Positions 8,312-17,758 of a stretch of 46,458 nucleotides of DNA are shown in pieces. The stretch's first letter is position 1, and each line of letters starts with the position of its first letter. The notes beneath the pieces are model-generated. The model ran no database searches. It worked only from the letters and a program-made list of their open reading frames with translations, and was not told the origin of the DNA. Origin of the DNA: Escherichia phage Phagiculus; the sequence record OR896821.1. One strand, given 5' to 3'. The position numbers and the translations under genes are program-made.

Positions 8312-9853
8312 TTATGGCAGCTTGAATGTCTCAATCCTAATTGCGATGTTAAAACTAGTATCAGCTGGGCGCTGAAGGTGAAAAACATCAATCATTATAA
8401 TGTTTTTATCTCCCCAATCTCTAGCTGAGAATTGAATTCTTTTATATCCCCCACCAGTATAACCCGCAGGATCACCTACAACATACCTGCTAGTTCCTGC
8501 AATTGTGTGGTTTGACTGATATCTCTTAACTACGTCAGCGGATGGAAAGTTTACAACCTCAACATCAAAATACCTTCCTGCAATTGAGTTGCCTACAAAA
8601 GAGTACTCAATGTTATTCCCAACCCTTCTTACTGAAAAAGAGATGCCAGGGTTGTTTGGTATAGCTATAGCTGAGTAGCTTGTCGATACGGTAAGTTGAG
8701 TTGTATAAACTGGATTGTTTGTATTATTTTGACCTGCTGGACCCTGTGGGCCGGTTGCGCCAGTTTCGCCTTTTTCTCCTTTGTCGCCCTTTTCGCCCCT
8801 CTCTCCCTGTGGTCCTTGTGGCCCCACCGCTCCAGCAACGCCTCTAATGCCTTGCGGCCCTTGAATACCCTGAGGTCCAGTATCACCTTTTGGCCCTTGA
8901 GGACCGGCTGGTCCAGTAATACCCTGCAATCCTTGATCACCTTTTGGCCCCTGTTCACCTGGTAAACCTTGAATACCTTGCTGGCCCTGAACCCCTCTTG
9001 GACCCTGCTGTCCTGTTTCTCCTTTTTCACCTTGAGGGCCGATATCACCAGGGTCGCCTTTTTCACCCTTATCACCCTTCGTCCCCTGAGCGGCAAGAAC
9101 AACCCACAGAGGTGATACTCCAGGTTCCTCATCTTCTGCAATGTTGCTAACTGCGAAGTAGGTTGAGCCACCGTAAACTACGGTATCATCTTTTGCATAA
9201 CCAGTATCAGGAACCCATTGCCCACGGAATGTTAAACCAGCAGGCCCGACTTCGCCAGGATCACCTTTCTCACCAGTATCACCTTTTAATCCTTGCGGAC
9301 CTTGTGGGCCGATATCACCCCTATCTCCCTTGTCGCCTTTCAAGCCTGCTGGGCCTTGAATTCCCTGTGGACCTTGAATACCTTGAGGGCCAATTGGTCC
9401 TTGTGGACCTACCGCACCACGCTCACCTTTTTCCCCATCAGCGCCATCGTCACCCTTTGGACCCTGCGGACCCTCTGGTCCAACTTCCCCTCGTGGACCT
9501 TGAGGACCTTGCGGACCAGCCATTCCATCCCTGCCAGATGTTCCCTGAAACCCTTTAGTTAACGCAACTGCAAACTGATTTGACTCGGATGAAGGTTCGC
9601 CAAAAACCTCCCAACCTTCGTGAGTGATTTCGTTTACTCTATCAATTAGCTTTTGGCGACTGGTTGCACTCAGAACCATGAAGTCGGTAATATCTGCGTT
9701 AGTTCCCTTAGCTACAACCATGCCAATAGTGTTAGAGCCAGTGCCTGTTAATACTCTATCAAATGGCTGCCAACCTTCTGCAATTGCCTCTAGCACCTTG
9801 CGGCTAAGTGATGCCGTGTTACCAGCAAGGATTTGCCTAAATTCTAAAGCCAT
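8312..9853 (-). CDS. collagen-like repeat protein with embedded CBM5/12 (ChtBD3)-like segment
   Basis: two long Gly-X-Y runs (GPQGPQGPRGEVGPEGPQGPKGDDG... and GDKGEKGDPGDIGPQGEKG...) separated by WVPDTGYAKDDTVVYGGSTYFAV...PLW; non-collagen N- and C-terminal domains. Confidence 0.8.
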   Translation of the reverse strand: MALEFRQILAGNTASLSRKVLEAIAEGWQPFDRVLTGTGSNTIGMVVAKGTNADITDFMVLSATSRQKLIDRVNEITHEGWEVFGEPSSESNQFAVALTKGFQGTSGRDGMAGPQGPQGPRGEVGPEGPQGPKGDDGADGEKGERGAVGPQGPIGPQGIQGPQGIQGPAGLKGDKGDRGDIGPQGPQGLKGDTGEKGDPGEVGPAGLTFRGQWVPDTGYAKDDTVVYGGSTYFAVSNIAEDEEPGVSPLWVVLAAQGTKGDKGEKGDPGDIGPQGEKGETGQQGPRGVQGQQGIQGLPGEQGPKGDQGLQGITGPAGPQGPKGDTGPQGIQGPQGIRGVAGAVGPQGPQGERGEKGDKGEKGETGATGPQGPAGQNNTNNPVYTTQLTVSTSYSAIAIPNNPGISFSVRRVGNNIEYSFVGNSIAGRYFDVEVVNFPSADVVKRYQSNHTIAGTSRYVVGDPAGYTGGGYKRIQFSARDWGDKNIIMIDVFHLQRPADTSFNIAIRIETFKLP

Positions 9854-9908
9854 TTCATTTACTCCGTATTGGTTAATAGTACTAATGATTGTATCAGATT
9901 ATAGGCAA

Positions 9909-9929
9909 TAAAAAACCTCCCGAAGGAGG
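9909..9929 (-). terminator. intrinsic terminator between 177-aa gene and collagen-like gene
   Basis: minus strand CCTCC-TTCG-GGAGG followed by TTTTTT. Confidence 0.6.
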
Positions 9930-9936
9930 CTTTAAT

Positions 9937-10470
9937 TTAAAGAACCTTTACGCACAGTGTCTTGCCTGAAATGGTTTCACTCCTCAGTTTGCCAACTACA
10001 ACTGACGCCCTCATCTTTGTCCAGTCATCTGGAATCTTGTAGTAATCATAATATTTCTGGAGAGTGTAATCGTAACCCGTCCCAGAGAAAACAAGGTCAT
10101 CTGATGTGAAGTCATCCGATACAGATAAGTTTGAGATTATAACCTCGCCATCTTCAAGATGTTGATCAAGGATGTTCATGTATGACTCGGCGTACTGGTT
10201 TTCAAGCTGGGATCTGTCAATATTAACCGATAGGAGCCTAAATCTATCATAATTTAAAACTGATTTGCGGTTTGATAGAGTTACACTAGCCACCGACACC
10301 GACTCGGTAATAGCCTTAGTTCTTGCGTTAAATGATAATCCGTGATTAATTGAAAAGTTAGAATTTGATGAAGCGTCAGCTGTCGATGTATATCCTGATG
10401 CTGATAATTCATGAAAGAAAGAATTCATCTCACCAACACTAGAGAATGATACCGATATTTTCTTATACAA
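9937..10470 (-). CDS. hypothetical protein (177 aa), TTG start
   Basis: AAGGAG RBS 7 nt before TTG at 10470; bracketed by terminators. Confidence 0.5.
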   Translation of the reverse strand: MYKKISVSFSSVGEMNSFFHELSASGYTSTADASSNSNFSINHGLSFNARTKAITESVSVASVTLSNRKSVLNYDRFRLLSVNIDRSQLENQYAESYMNILDQHLEDGEVIISNLSVSDDFTSDDLVFSGTGYDYTLQKYYDYYKIPDDWTKMRASVVVGKLRSETISGKTLCVKVL

Positions 10471-10482
10471 TTTTATCTCCTT

Positions 10483-10506
10483 AAAACAAAAAGGCCCCGA
10501 AGGGCC
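10483..10506 (-). terminator. intrinsic terminator after decoration-like gene
   Basis: minus strand GGCCC-TTCG-GGGCC followed by TTTTTGTTTT. Confidence 0.55.
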
Positions 10507-10512
10507 AGTTAA

Positions 10513-11040
10513 TTAAGCAGTAGCTAATGCTGAATCTGCGGATTGAATCAGCTGAACTTCAACGATTGCACCATCGTAGCTTTCGCCTTGTTTAATTGGG
10601 TCGCTACCGTTGTTAGCATAAGCCGAAGCATAGCCACCAGCAAATGTAAAACCAGTTTCCCAAGTAGTGTCTGCCGCTTTAGCAACAACAACACCACTTG
10701 CGTTAACGAAAACCTTGCTACCAAAATCTGGTGCACTTGCTAGAGTAGTACGAACCCAGATACGACCATGAGTCATTACGTTAACCGCTTCATTTACGCG
10801 AGCAGTTCCGTCTGGAGTCTCGTAGTGGGATTTAACAACAACACCATAAGGTTTAACTGGTGTGCCAGTAACGACTGGAAGACCAACAACCTTGTGACCA
10901 TCTACAGGCTGAGCTGAGGTAACGCCAACAAAAGTGCCAACTGGAATTGCAGCAGTACCACCAACCACACAAGCACCATCAATATTATACAGGGAAGTAT
11001 CAGCTACCATGCCTGCCAGAGCTACGGAACGAATTGCCAT
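10513..11040 (-). CDS. head decoration/cement-like protein
   Basis: 175 aa Gly/Val/Ala-rich protein after scaffold gene; AAGGAG RBS. Confidence 0.4.
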   Translation of the reverse strand: MAIRSVALAGMVADTSLYNIDGACVVGGTAAIPVGTFVGVTSAQPVDGHKVVGLPVVTGTPVKPYGVVVKSHYETPDGTARVNEAVNVMTHGRIWVRTTLASAPDFGSKVFVNASGVVVAKAADTTWETGFTFAGGYASAYANNGSDPIKQGESYDGAIVEVQLIQSADSALATA

Positions 11041-11050
11041 TTAGGACTCC

Positions 11051-12154
11051 TTATTTTTTCAATTTAGCGAGGCGAGCTCGCGGGTCTAATTTCTTAGGCG
11101 CGTCGGCTGCATCGGATTTGTCAACGCCATCTACTTTAGCGCGTACTTCAGCCATTTTATCAGACTCTTTGGCGATATCAAAGGCTGCATCGATGTATGC
11201 ATCAGATTTCTCAGACACATTCAGGCCGGAAACCTCTTTAACGTAAGCAACTTTAATTTGCTTAGCGTCGAGTCCGTCACACTTAATGCCAACTTCGGTA
11301 GCTTTAGCAACCAGGTCAGCCATTACGGCGGAATCAGCTTTAAACTTCTCAATGGCTGCTTCGATTTCTTTATCCATGCCATCAACTTTAGCTTTCAGCA
11401 TATCCCGCTCTGCGGTGATGCCTTCAATCTTTTCTTTTGTATCTTTGGCATCTGCTTTGATAGCTTCGATGTGTGCCGCAACTTCTGGGGCGATTTCAAA
11501 CTCCTGTGCGCCATCCAGTTTAATTTTAACCATTTCTGAATCCTCTTTAGTTAATTGAACGTCATCATTATATGGGTTTTCTTGCTCACCGTCCAGATTA
11601 AGTTTGGCGACACCTGCGCGACCTTTATGGACTAGCGCGATATGATTCACTAAGATGTTAGTCTGAAGCGCGTCAAAGCGGACCCAATCAGAAGGGATTT
11701 CTTCCTGACTGGCATAATCACCATCCAGTTTATACTCTCCAGTCTCATTACTACCCCAGCCGCCAGTATTAACATCAACCGTGCTGTAACCTACTGACAA
11801 TTCGCCAGCATCTCCAGATTTAGCCTTTTCGATAGCCTCCTTGTCGTAAATTGTCAAAGGAACTACCACGTTAGAATCCTGACGCTGACCAACACCATTT
11901 ACAGAACCAACCACAGTCTCCTTTGCGTTGTCAGGGCTCACAAACACGTGACCTAAGGTTAGCGGCTTGCCCATATACGATTCCAGTGAATCGCTTTTAA
12001 AGACCTCTGAAGCAGGGCGAAATTCACGACGAACTCCACCATCTGCTGTTGCGTACTCCTGCACTCCGACACGCGCAACTACGGGCGTGTCGACCAGGAA
12101 TCCGTTTTCATCGAAGCGGGCCTTAACCCGCGCTGTATCGAAACGAATTGCCAT
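11051..12154 (-). CDS. capsid scaffolding protein (DUF2213-like N-terminus plus K/E/A/D-rich coiled-coil C-terminus)
   Basis: composition and position between portal and capsid genes. Confidence 0.5.
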   Translation of the reverse strand: MAIRFDTARVKARFDENGFLVDTPVVARVGVQEYATADGGVRREFRPASEVFKSDSLESYMGKPLTLGHVFVSPDNAKETVVGSVNGVGQRQDSNVVVPLTIYDKEAIEKAKSGDAGELSVGYSTVDVNTGGWGSNETGEYKLDGDYASQEEIPSDWVRFDALQTNILVNHIALVHKGRAGVAKLNLDGEQENPYNDDVQLTKEDSEMVKIKLDGAQEFEIAPEVAAHIEAIKADAKDTKEKIEGITAERDMLKAKVDGMDKEIEAAIEKFKADSAVMADLVAKATEVGIKCDGLDAKQIKVAYVKEVSGLNVSEKSDAYIDAAFDIAKESDKMAEVRAKVDGVDKSDAADAPKKLDPRARLAKLKK

Positions 12155-12192
12155 TAATTAACCCTCACCATAACCAGTGTAATTGATAAGCA

Positions 12193-13464
12193 TTAGATGA
12201 TTACCTCCTCTTCCGTAACCTGCGGCACAGCTTCTTGCTGCTCTACGTCACCATCAGTCAACTTAACTTCTGGCGCGATAACACGAATTGTATCACGAGC
12301 CTCGTTAACATTCATAACGCCAGCTGCAATTAATGCAGAAAGAGATTCAACGTTAGACCTCATCACTTCTGCCTTCTGTTCGTTGCTAGGCTGGTTTAGT
12401 GGGTTAAAGTCGATTGACCATTCTTGCTCTGTTACGATGAACGGTATTAAGAACTCAAGAATAGGCAGCAAATCAGCCTTTCGTTTACGGTCTACCAGTT
12501 TGTGGAATGTCTCAAGTGCCGTGTTCTGGCTAGATGAAACGCCGCCAACGTTCTTGGCCTTCAGTACAATTTCATGAATACCACTCAGGGCAACGATTCG
12601 GTCGAACTTAGCTGAAAGTAAATCCGTAACGCCAGAAGTTGAAGCTGTTAGTACGCTGTAATCCTCTGATTCCGCATCAATGCCAATCGTATTCGCCACG
12701 CCGCCATTGCTATCAACCTGAGCTAGTCGCAACCTTGCAGCTGCCACACCTTCAGAATCATCACAGATTTCAGCCAAACCCTTGACCTTCCATACTCCCT
12801 GCTGGCTACGCTTCATTAACTGAGTTGCATAGCTTTCGCACTGCTGGTAGTCCTGAATTGCATCAAGCAGGTCATTACTTAGTACTGTAGCACCCCAGCC
12901 ATCATTTTGTCGACGGAGTGTGTTAGGTACGCGCTCGCCATCGATGATATGAATGCGAGTATAGTGCACATCATAGAAAGTATCAGAGTCACCAGTAGTA
13001 ATTCGGTAGGTAACTGGCTTGCCAAAGCGTGAATTGCGCGGATTTTCCTCGCGTGTTTGAATCCTGACTTGCTGGCGATCATAAACCCTTACAGATTCCA
13101 GTTCTGCACCTTCACGAACCGGCTTAGTCAGGTCTCGATTGTCTCGGACGATTGCTACGATAGCCGAGCCGCCGAATAACCTGGCCCATGACCATGCATC
13201 AGTTATTGAATCTGATAGGTCAAGCTCATCCCAGCGCGACCAGAATGCGTCTTCATTCTCAATGCCGTCAATGTGAAACCCAGCACCAAGCCCTTCCTCT
13301 GGAATTACGTCGACAATGCGGCGAACTAGTGCGTTGTTTACGTATGCAGACTGTAATATAGCAGGAATACCAATACCAACAGAGCCAAACCGTCCAAAAA
13401 TCTCACTACCTGTACCTAAAGTGCCATCACCAAAGGTGTTTGCATAAGAATCAGCCTTTACCAT
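12193..13464 (-). CDS. portal protein
   Basis: about 420 aa, immediately downstream of terminase large subunit; GGAG RBS before ATG at 13464. Confidence 0.55.
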   Translation of the reverse strand: MVKADSYANTFGDGTLGTGSEIFGRFGSVGIGIPAILQSAYVNNALVRRIVDVIPEEGLGAGFHIDGIENEDAFWSRWDELDLSDSITDAWSWARLFGGSAIVAIVRDNRDLTKPVREGAELESVRVYDRQQVRIQTREENPRNSRFGKPVTYRITTGDSDTFYDVHYTRIHIIDGERVPNTLRRQNDGWGATVLSNDLLDAIQDYQQCESYATQLMKRSQQGVWKVKGLAEICDDSEGVAAARLRLAQVDSNGGVANTIGIDAESEDYSVLTASTSGVTDLLSAKFDRIVALSGIHEIVLKAKNVGGVSSSQNTALETFHKLVDRKRKADLLPILEFLIPFIVTEQEWSIDFNPLNQPSNEQKAEVMRSNVESLSALIAAGVMNVNEARDTIRVIAPEVKLTDGDVEQQEAVPQVTEEEVII

Positions 13465-13514
13465 GTGTTTCTCCAATAAAAAAGCCCCCATATAGAAGGC
13501 TAGTTTAGCACGGT

Positions 13515-15083
13515 TTATCTAATTCCAGCTAGTCGCTTCAGAGCTGCTTTAGGGTCATCTGCGAGGTTAAGTTCACAGTTGATAGCCATTGTTGTGGTAT
13601 CCACGATGTCATCATGAAGGTGACTGTCGTCAGCAGTGAATGCAGCAAACTCAGCAAGGAATGCAGGCAACCAGGGCGCAGACTCTGGCAAAATAACGTT
13701 ACCAGCCTTAATCTGAGGTAATGCACTCATTACTCGCGTAAGTTTGTCGCTGTCCGGAACAAACGGCTCTATAGGTGTTCTCATCGTTCTGCTTGCTGAC
13801 TGAATCAGTCCGATGCCAGACGCCTTCTTCTCGATGATAACTTTGCGAAGGATTCCGTCAATCTTATTCATTGAGCGGGCCTTAGCTTCAAACTCGACGA
13901 GAGTAGCCTCAAGTTCAGGCGCTTCCCATTTGCCGCGAACCATGTCAAGTAAGTAAGCCTTACGGTCCTTAACTCCCCACAGCTGGAATACGGAGAAGTC
14001 GCTATAGCTCTTAGTAGTCATCGCAGTGTCAGCCGTGATAAATCGGTAATCGTACTTAGCTGGAGGTCTGTTGTTCTCATCAATTCGAGCAAACCAGTCT
14101 ACGTTAACCAGGTTTCCACCTAGAGCCACTGGCTCCTGCTGGTACTGACTCATGAATGTGTAGTGGTCAGAGTCCATCATAGACACCAGGTCGTGAACAG
14201 ATTCCTTTTTAGGGAAGTAGCTATAATACTTCACGCCATCGCGTTCAACATATTCGCTTGATAGCACGTCATCAATGAATTGCTGCTTAATCCAATCAGG
14301 CAATGTATCGACGTAATCTTCAGTAACTAGCGCAGGAATCTTAACCACATCGAAGTCTATACCCATACCACCAGAAGTCATGAACCAAGTTGAGTCGTTC
14401 ACGTGCAAGCGCTGCTGGATGGAAAGAATTGGCGTGGCCTTACCTTTTACCGAACTTGCACGACGAGAGCGAACGGTGTTTTTAAGAAGCGTATGAACAG
14501 CCTCTCTGCGAACCTTGCTAAACATGTCGTCTGCTTTATCAATATCATCCAGCATTAAACAGCCGCTATAATTATCAGTGATATATCCCCCGCGAGCGCC
14601 AATTATCTGACCGCCAATCGCCTTAGAGATGGACTCAAACCTGACCTTTCCAGACTCATCAAGAACCTGAATCTCATCATCCTTGCATGTTCCAAACTTA
14701 GACGGGAATAACTCCTGGAACTCAGTTGACTTAATCAGGTCACGCACCCGCTTTGAGTTACGCTTCACCAGACTATCCGAGAACGATAAGTTAAGGTTCC
14801 TAACCTTTTGTAGCTTGAGCATTGAGTAGACTGGAAAGTGGATTGAAGTAATCTCAGTCTTACCAGCACCAGGCGCTACGTTAATGATTGTATCTTTGCG
14901 CTCGCCACTGATTACCTCGTCGATGATTCTGCAAAGGTACTTGTGATGCCAGTTGGGGATATAGCGTTCGCCCTGTGTTAGCTGAAACCACACCCGAAGG
15001 AATGCCTCGAAGTTGTGAGTGGATAAAGCTTTAACTGCCAGCTTTTCGGCTGGCGTCATATCTTCCCAAACTAGTGTATTCAT
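13515..15083 (-). CDS. terminase large subunit
   Basis: Walker A VAPGAGKTE; 522 aa; ATGA overlap with upstream small gene. Confidence 0.85.
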   Translation of the reverse strand: MNTLVWEDMTPAEKLAVKALSTHNFEAFLRVWFQLTQGERYIPNWHHKYLCRIIDEVISGERKDTIINVAPGAGKTEITSIHFPVYSMLKLQKVRNLNLSFSDSLVKRNSKRVRDLIKSTEFQELFPSKFGTCKDDEIQVLDESGKVRFESISKAIGGQIIGARGGYITDNYSGCLMLDDIDKADDMFSKVRREAVHTLLKNTVRSRRASSVKGKATPILSIQQRLHVNDSTWFMTSGGMGIDFDVVKIPALVTEDYVDTLPDWIKQQFIDDVLSSEYVERDGVKYYSYFPKKESVHDLVSMMDSDHYTFMSQYQQEPVALGGNLVNVDWFARIDENNRPPAKYDYRFITADTAMTTKSYSDFSVFQLWGVKDRKAYLLDMVRGKWEAPELEATLVEFEAKARSMNKIDGILRKVIIEKKASGIGLIQSASRTMRTPIEPFVPDSDKLTRVMSALPQIKAGNVILPESAPWLPAFLAEFAAFTADDSHLHDDIVDTTTMAINCELNLADDPKAALKRLAGIR

Positions 15084-15595
15084 AGCTTATCCATAATTGA
15101 TTCAAGTGCGGCCTTCATAACTTCTTCATCGTTAACAACAGCACTAGATGCGTTGTTGATGTTAACTTCTTGAGGCTTGTCGATACCTAAGTCTTTACCA
15201 ATCAGACTAGAGTTAACGATGTTATTCACACCCAGCTGATACTTCTGCTCAAAGATGACTGAATCTACAAACTCCATAACTTCAGAGAAGCCAGGGGATG
15301 AGCGCCAGTGGCTAATGGCATTTCCCGTAACCCCGCAAAATAATTGGAATCCGTTAATGGTGAAAACTCGCGGCTTATGAATAAGGTTCTCAGTAACAAT
15401 CCCCTGATGAGATGCAGTTTCAATAGCCTTAATTGCCTGGCTCTCTGCCCAAGTGAAATACCTTACCGCCATATCAAACAATTGCTCTGGCGTGAACTTG
15501 TGGTTAATCTTCAGGTTAGCAATATCTCCGTACTTCTTGTTGTAAAGCTCCTTGAAGTTACCAATCTTCTGGTGAATCTTCTTCTCTTCTTGCAT
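15080..15595 (-). CDS. terminase small subunit (putative)
   Basis: 171-aa ORF translationally coupled to terL; AAGGAGG RBS before ATG at 15595. Confidence 0.45.
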   Translation of the reverse strand: MQEEKKIHQKIGNFKELYNKKYGDIANLKINHKFTPEQLFDMAVRYFTWAESQAIKAIETASHQGIVTENLIHKPRVFTINGFQLFCGVTGNAISHWRSSPGFSEVMEFVDSVIFEQKYQLGVNNIVNSSLIGKDLGIDKPQEVNINNASSAVVNDEEVMKAALESIMDKL

Positions 15596-15643
15596 GCGAT
15601 ATTCCTCCTTTGTTGAAGGCCATTGTACCACAGCTACAGACGT

Positions 15644-15665
15644 AAAAAAGCCCTCCGAAGAGGGC
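15644..15665 (-). terminator. intrinsic terminator upstream of terS
   Basis: minus strand GCCCTC-TTCG-GAGGGC followed by TTTTTT. Confidence 0.6.
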
Positions 15666-15688
15666 GAAAGGTACAACAACGAGAGAGA

Positions 15689-15871
15689 TTAAATCAATTT
15701 GAGGGTGTCAATCTGAAACTTGTGCGTCTCCGGGTCCGCGCCAGAGAGCGCTTTACATTTAGCTACCGCTTCCTCTGAGGACTCCGCGGTAACGGACGCT
15801 TCAAAACGCTGCTTGCATGATGAGCATCTGCGGCCCATCTTGTAGATAGTCATTGCGACTTTATAGTTCAT
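15689..15871 (-). CDS. hypothetical protein (60 aa, Cys-containing)
   Basis: AAGGA RBS before ATG at 15871; the ORF-track start at 15919 would overlap the tRNA. Confidence 0.4.
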   Translation of the reverse strand: MNYKVAMTIYKMGRRCSSCKQRFEASVTAESSEEAVAKCKALSGADPETHKFQIDTLKLI

Positions 15872-15889
15872 GATGAGTATCCTTGAGTT

Positions 15890-15965
15890 TGGCGTTCCGC
15901 GCTGGACTCGAACCAGCAACTGAGACTTAGGAGGTCTCTGCGTTATCCCGTTACGCCAGCAGAAC
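15890..15965 (-). tRNA. tRNA-Arg (anticodon CCU)
   Basis: hand-folded cloverleaf: 7-bp acceptor GTTCTGC/GCGGAAC, D-stem GCGT/ACGC, anticodon stem GAGAC/GTCTC with loop CTCCTAA, T-arm GCTGG-TTCGAGT-CCAGC, discriminator G, encoded CCA. Confidence 0.8.
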
Positions 15966-16150
15966 TTAAATTATAGCCGGTTACGGAATCCGGCGGGCTT
16001 TCACAATGCCCCGACAAGTCCGACTTACATCATTTGCGCTGACTGCGGTAATGTGACTAGGTCTCCTCGACCAGTTGGGCGTTGCGCCCCTCTTATGTCC
16101 ACAAGGCAAATAATAAAGGCTCACACATTTAAGTGCAAGCCCTTTTGTTA

Positions 16151-16270
16151 TCAATCTGATTGTTTGCCTGCTTTTTGATCATCAGTAGCGGATGCAATCA
16201 TGTAGACGATAATGAACCCTAGTGACCAGATAATCCAGGGAAATGCTTCTGCGTATAATTGATTAGTCAT
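16151..16270 (-). CDS. small membrane peptide (39 aa, MTNQLYAEAFPWIIWSLGFIIVYMIASATDDQKAGKQSD), not in ORF track
   Basis: ATG overlaps stop of upstream gene; one predicted TM helix. Confidence 0.35.
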   Translation of the reverse strand: MTNQLYAEAFPWIIWSLGFIIVYMIASATDDQKAGKQSD

Positions 16271-16502
16271 AAATATTCGCCCCATCCTCTCGCTTTCCAC
16301 ATCTTCCGGCGATATATCCGCAGACCCAGACGAACTTCATCTTCTCGACGATTGTGCTGATTGGACTATGGTACTCACAGATTACAGCCTTCATTATATC
16401 GTTATCTTGCTTCTGCTTAGCGGTTAACTTTTCCACTGCGTCGTTTAGTTTCTTAGCCTGAGCACGCACTGCGTTGAATTGTGGTTGAGTAAGTCCGAAC
16501 AT
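16263..16502 (-). CDS. hypothetical protein (79 aa)
   Basis: ORF in early minus-strand block. Confidence 0.5.
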   Translation of the reverse strand: MFGLTQPQFNAVRAQAKKLNDAVEKLTAKQKQDNDIMKAVICEYHSPISTIVEKMKFVWVCGYIAGRCGKREDGANIYD

Positions 16503-16503
16503 G

Positions 16504-16638
16504 ATTAAGCCTTCTTATAAGATTGAATGTCGCCGCCGAGTACTTCGTGTTGCGCTTTGGCTGACTCATAGCTATCGTGTACTCGCTTATGCATCACGCT
16601 GTTAAACTTACCAGTGTAGTAGGTATGTACCCAAATCA
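16504..16638 (-). CDS. hypothetical small protein (44 aa)
   Basis: tightly packed with neighbours; weak GAGG RBS. Confidence 0.3.
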
Positions 16639-16756
16639 TTTTGCCGCCTCGTAATATTCAATTATACCGCCATAAAGGTTTTGTGCTGCAAGAGCTTGGC
16701 ACTCGAATGTATATGCTTCCATGCGAAGCCAGTTGCCGAACGTGTCATGACCAAAT

Positions 16757-16882
16757 CTATGGATGTACATTTTCTTTCTTCTCCCGCTCATGCCAAATGT
16801 TCATCAGTTCAAAGTATACCATTGCTTCATCACCATCTTTGGCTTCATCCATCATCTTCTTGCACCACTCGCTAGGATTCAT
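16757..16882 (-). CDS. hypothetical small protein (41 aa)
   Basis: ATG overlaps stop of upstream gene (TAATG). Confidence 0.3.
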   Translation of the reverse strand: MNPSEWCKKMMDEAKDGDEAMVYFELMNIWHEREKKENVHP

Positions 16883-17061
16883 TACTCAACCACCTTAATA
16901 TCTTTAACTAAAACCAGTAAACCATCAGATTCAATCTCGATCATAACCTCATTCCAAGCCTCAATTGCGTTTGATGCCTCAATGATGCGTGAGAATGGTC
17001 CGATACAGTTATAATCTTTATAGTTGTCGTACAAATCACCAGCAATAAAGTAAGTCTTCAT
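16882..17061 (-). CDS. hypothetical protein (59 aa)
   Basis: AGGAG RBS before ATG at 17061; downstream of conserved promoter module. Confidence 0.5.
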   Translation of the reverse strand: MKTYFIAGDLYDNYKDYNCIGPFSRIIEASNAIEAWNEVMIEIESDGLLVLVKDIKVVE

Positions 17062-17089
17062 ATTAATCTCCTGTCGTTTCAATAAAGTA

Positions 17090-17132
17090 ATAGTACCGCA
17101 TCCTTGCGATTGATGTTTAGCAATTCGTGCTA
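17090..17132 (-). promoter_or_regulatory. conserved promoter module (IR TAGCAC-N3-TTGCTA plus -10-like)
   Basis: plus-strand tagcaattcgtgcta at 17118..17132; minus-strand TACTAT 22 nt downstream; leader ATTGAAACGA. Confidence 0.55.
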
Positions 17133-17450
17133 TTTGCTCCAGTTATCCAGGTAATAACTATTGCTTACTACATGCTGAATCTTAGAGTAATCTCGATACT
17201 TATCAATAATCTCCTGAACGTGAGCGCCTCGCTGCTCATGGAACTCTACAGCCTTCTGAAGCGATACAATGGCCTCATTAATGTCAGTAGTATAATCCTT
17301 GTGTCGAGTGCGAATGCCGCTGCACAGAACCTTCTTTATGGCGTGCTGCAGTGCCGGGTCTGTTACTCCAAATGCTGCGATTACTCGATATACATCCACG
17401 GTAGTCTTGGTGCCATCAAGACCAATAATTTCTTTGTTGTACTTACTCAT
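17130..17450 (-). CDS. hypothetical protein (106 aa)
   Basis: ORF in early block. Confidence 0.55.
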   Translation of the reverse strand: MSKYNKEIIGLDGTKTTVDVYRVIAAFGVTDPALQHAIKKVLCSGIRTRHKDYTTDINEAIVSLQKAVEFHEQRGAHVQEIIDKYRDYSKIQHVVSNSYYLDNWSK

Positions 17451-17568
17451 ATCTCAATCCTCGTTATTGTGCCGCCATGCGTCTTCTGCATCAAAATGGC
17501 GTACTGCTCGCTTACATAGTGCAGCAACATTGGTATGCCGCTGCTGCTGAATGAGTGCTCATAGATTT

Positions 17569-17748
17569 TCACTTTAGAAGTGCTCTCTTCACTATCATAT
17601 AATCAAGCGTCGGGCCAATATCATCTTTCATTTGCCTTACAAACTCATTGGCTGACTTCTCATTGTCAAAGCATGAGCTAACGCCAGCAATCAAGCCATT
17701 ATTGTATAAGCAAACCAGGTAAATCCAGCTTTTGTAACCGTTAATCAT
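17569..17748 (-). CDS. hypothetical protein (59 aa)
   Basis: internal ATG at 17748 chosen to avoid 100-nt overlap with upstream gene. Confidence 0.4.
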   Translation of the reverse strand: MINGYKSWIYLVCLYNNGLIAGVSSCFDNEKSANEFVRQMKDDIGPTLDYMIVKRALLK

Positions 17749-17758
17749 TTTACATTCC

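Noticed and set aside
8665-9562. Several ORFs on both strands inside the collagen-like gene (8665..9171, 8696..8965, 8944..9150, 9163..9558, 9293..9562)
   Set aside because: Artefacts of the GC-rich, stop-poor Gly-X-Y repeat; Pro/Leu-rich low-complexity translations.
11258-11558. Plus-strand ORFs inside the scaffold gene
   Set aside because: Antisense shadows in an Ala/Lys/Glu-rich coding region.
15970-15975. TATAAT hexamer 4 nt upstream of the tRNA 5' end as the late promoter
   Set aside because: Spacing would place the transcription start inside the mature tRNA; no matching -35.
15966-16150. Possible second tRNA or ncRNA in the 185-nt gap upstream of tRNA-Arg
   Set aside because: Hairpins (CCGG-TTACGGAAT-CCGG, GGGCG-TT-GCGCCC) are present but I could not fold a cloverleaf or find a T-loop consensus; left unannotated.
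16641-17014. Plus-strand ORFs 16641..16898, 16681..16875, 16763..17014
   Set aside because: The minus strand here carries a chain of small, translationally coupled ORFs consistent with the flanking operon; the plus-strand ORFs lack RBS.
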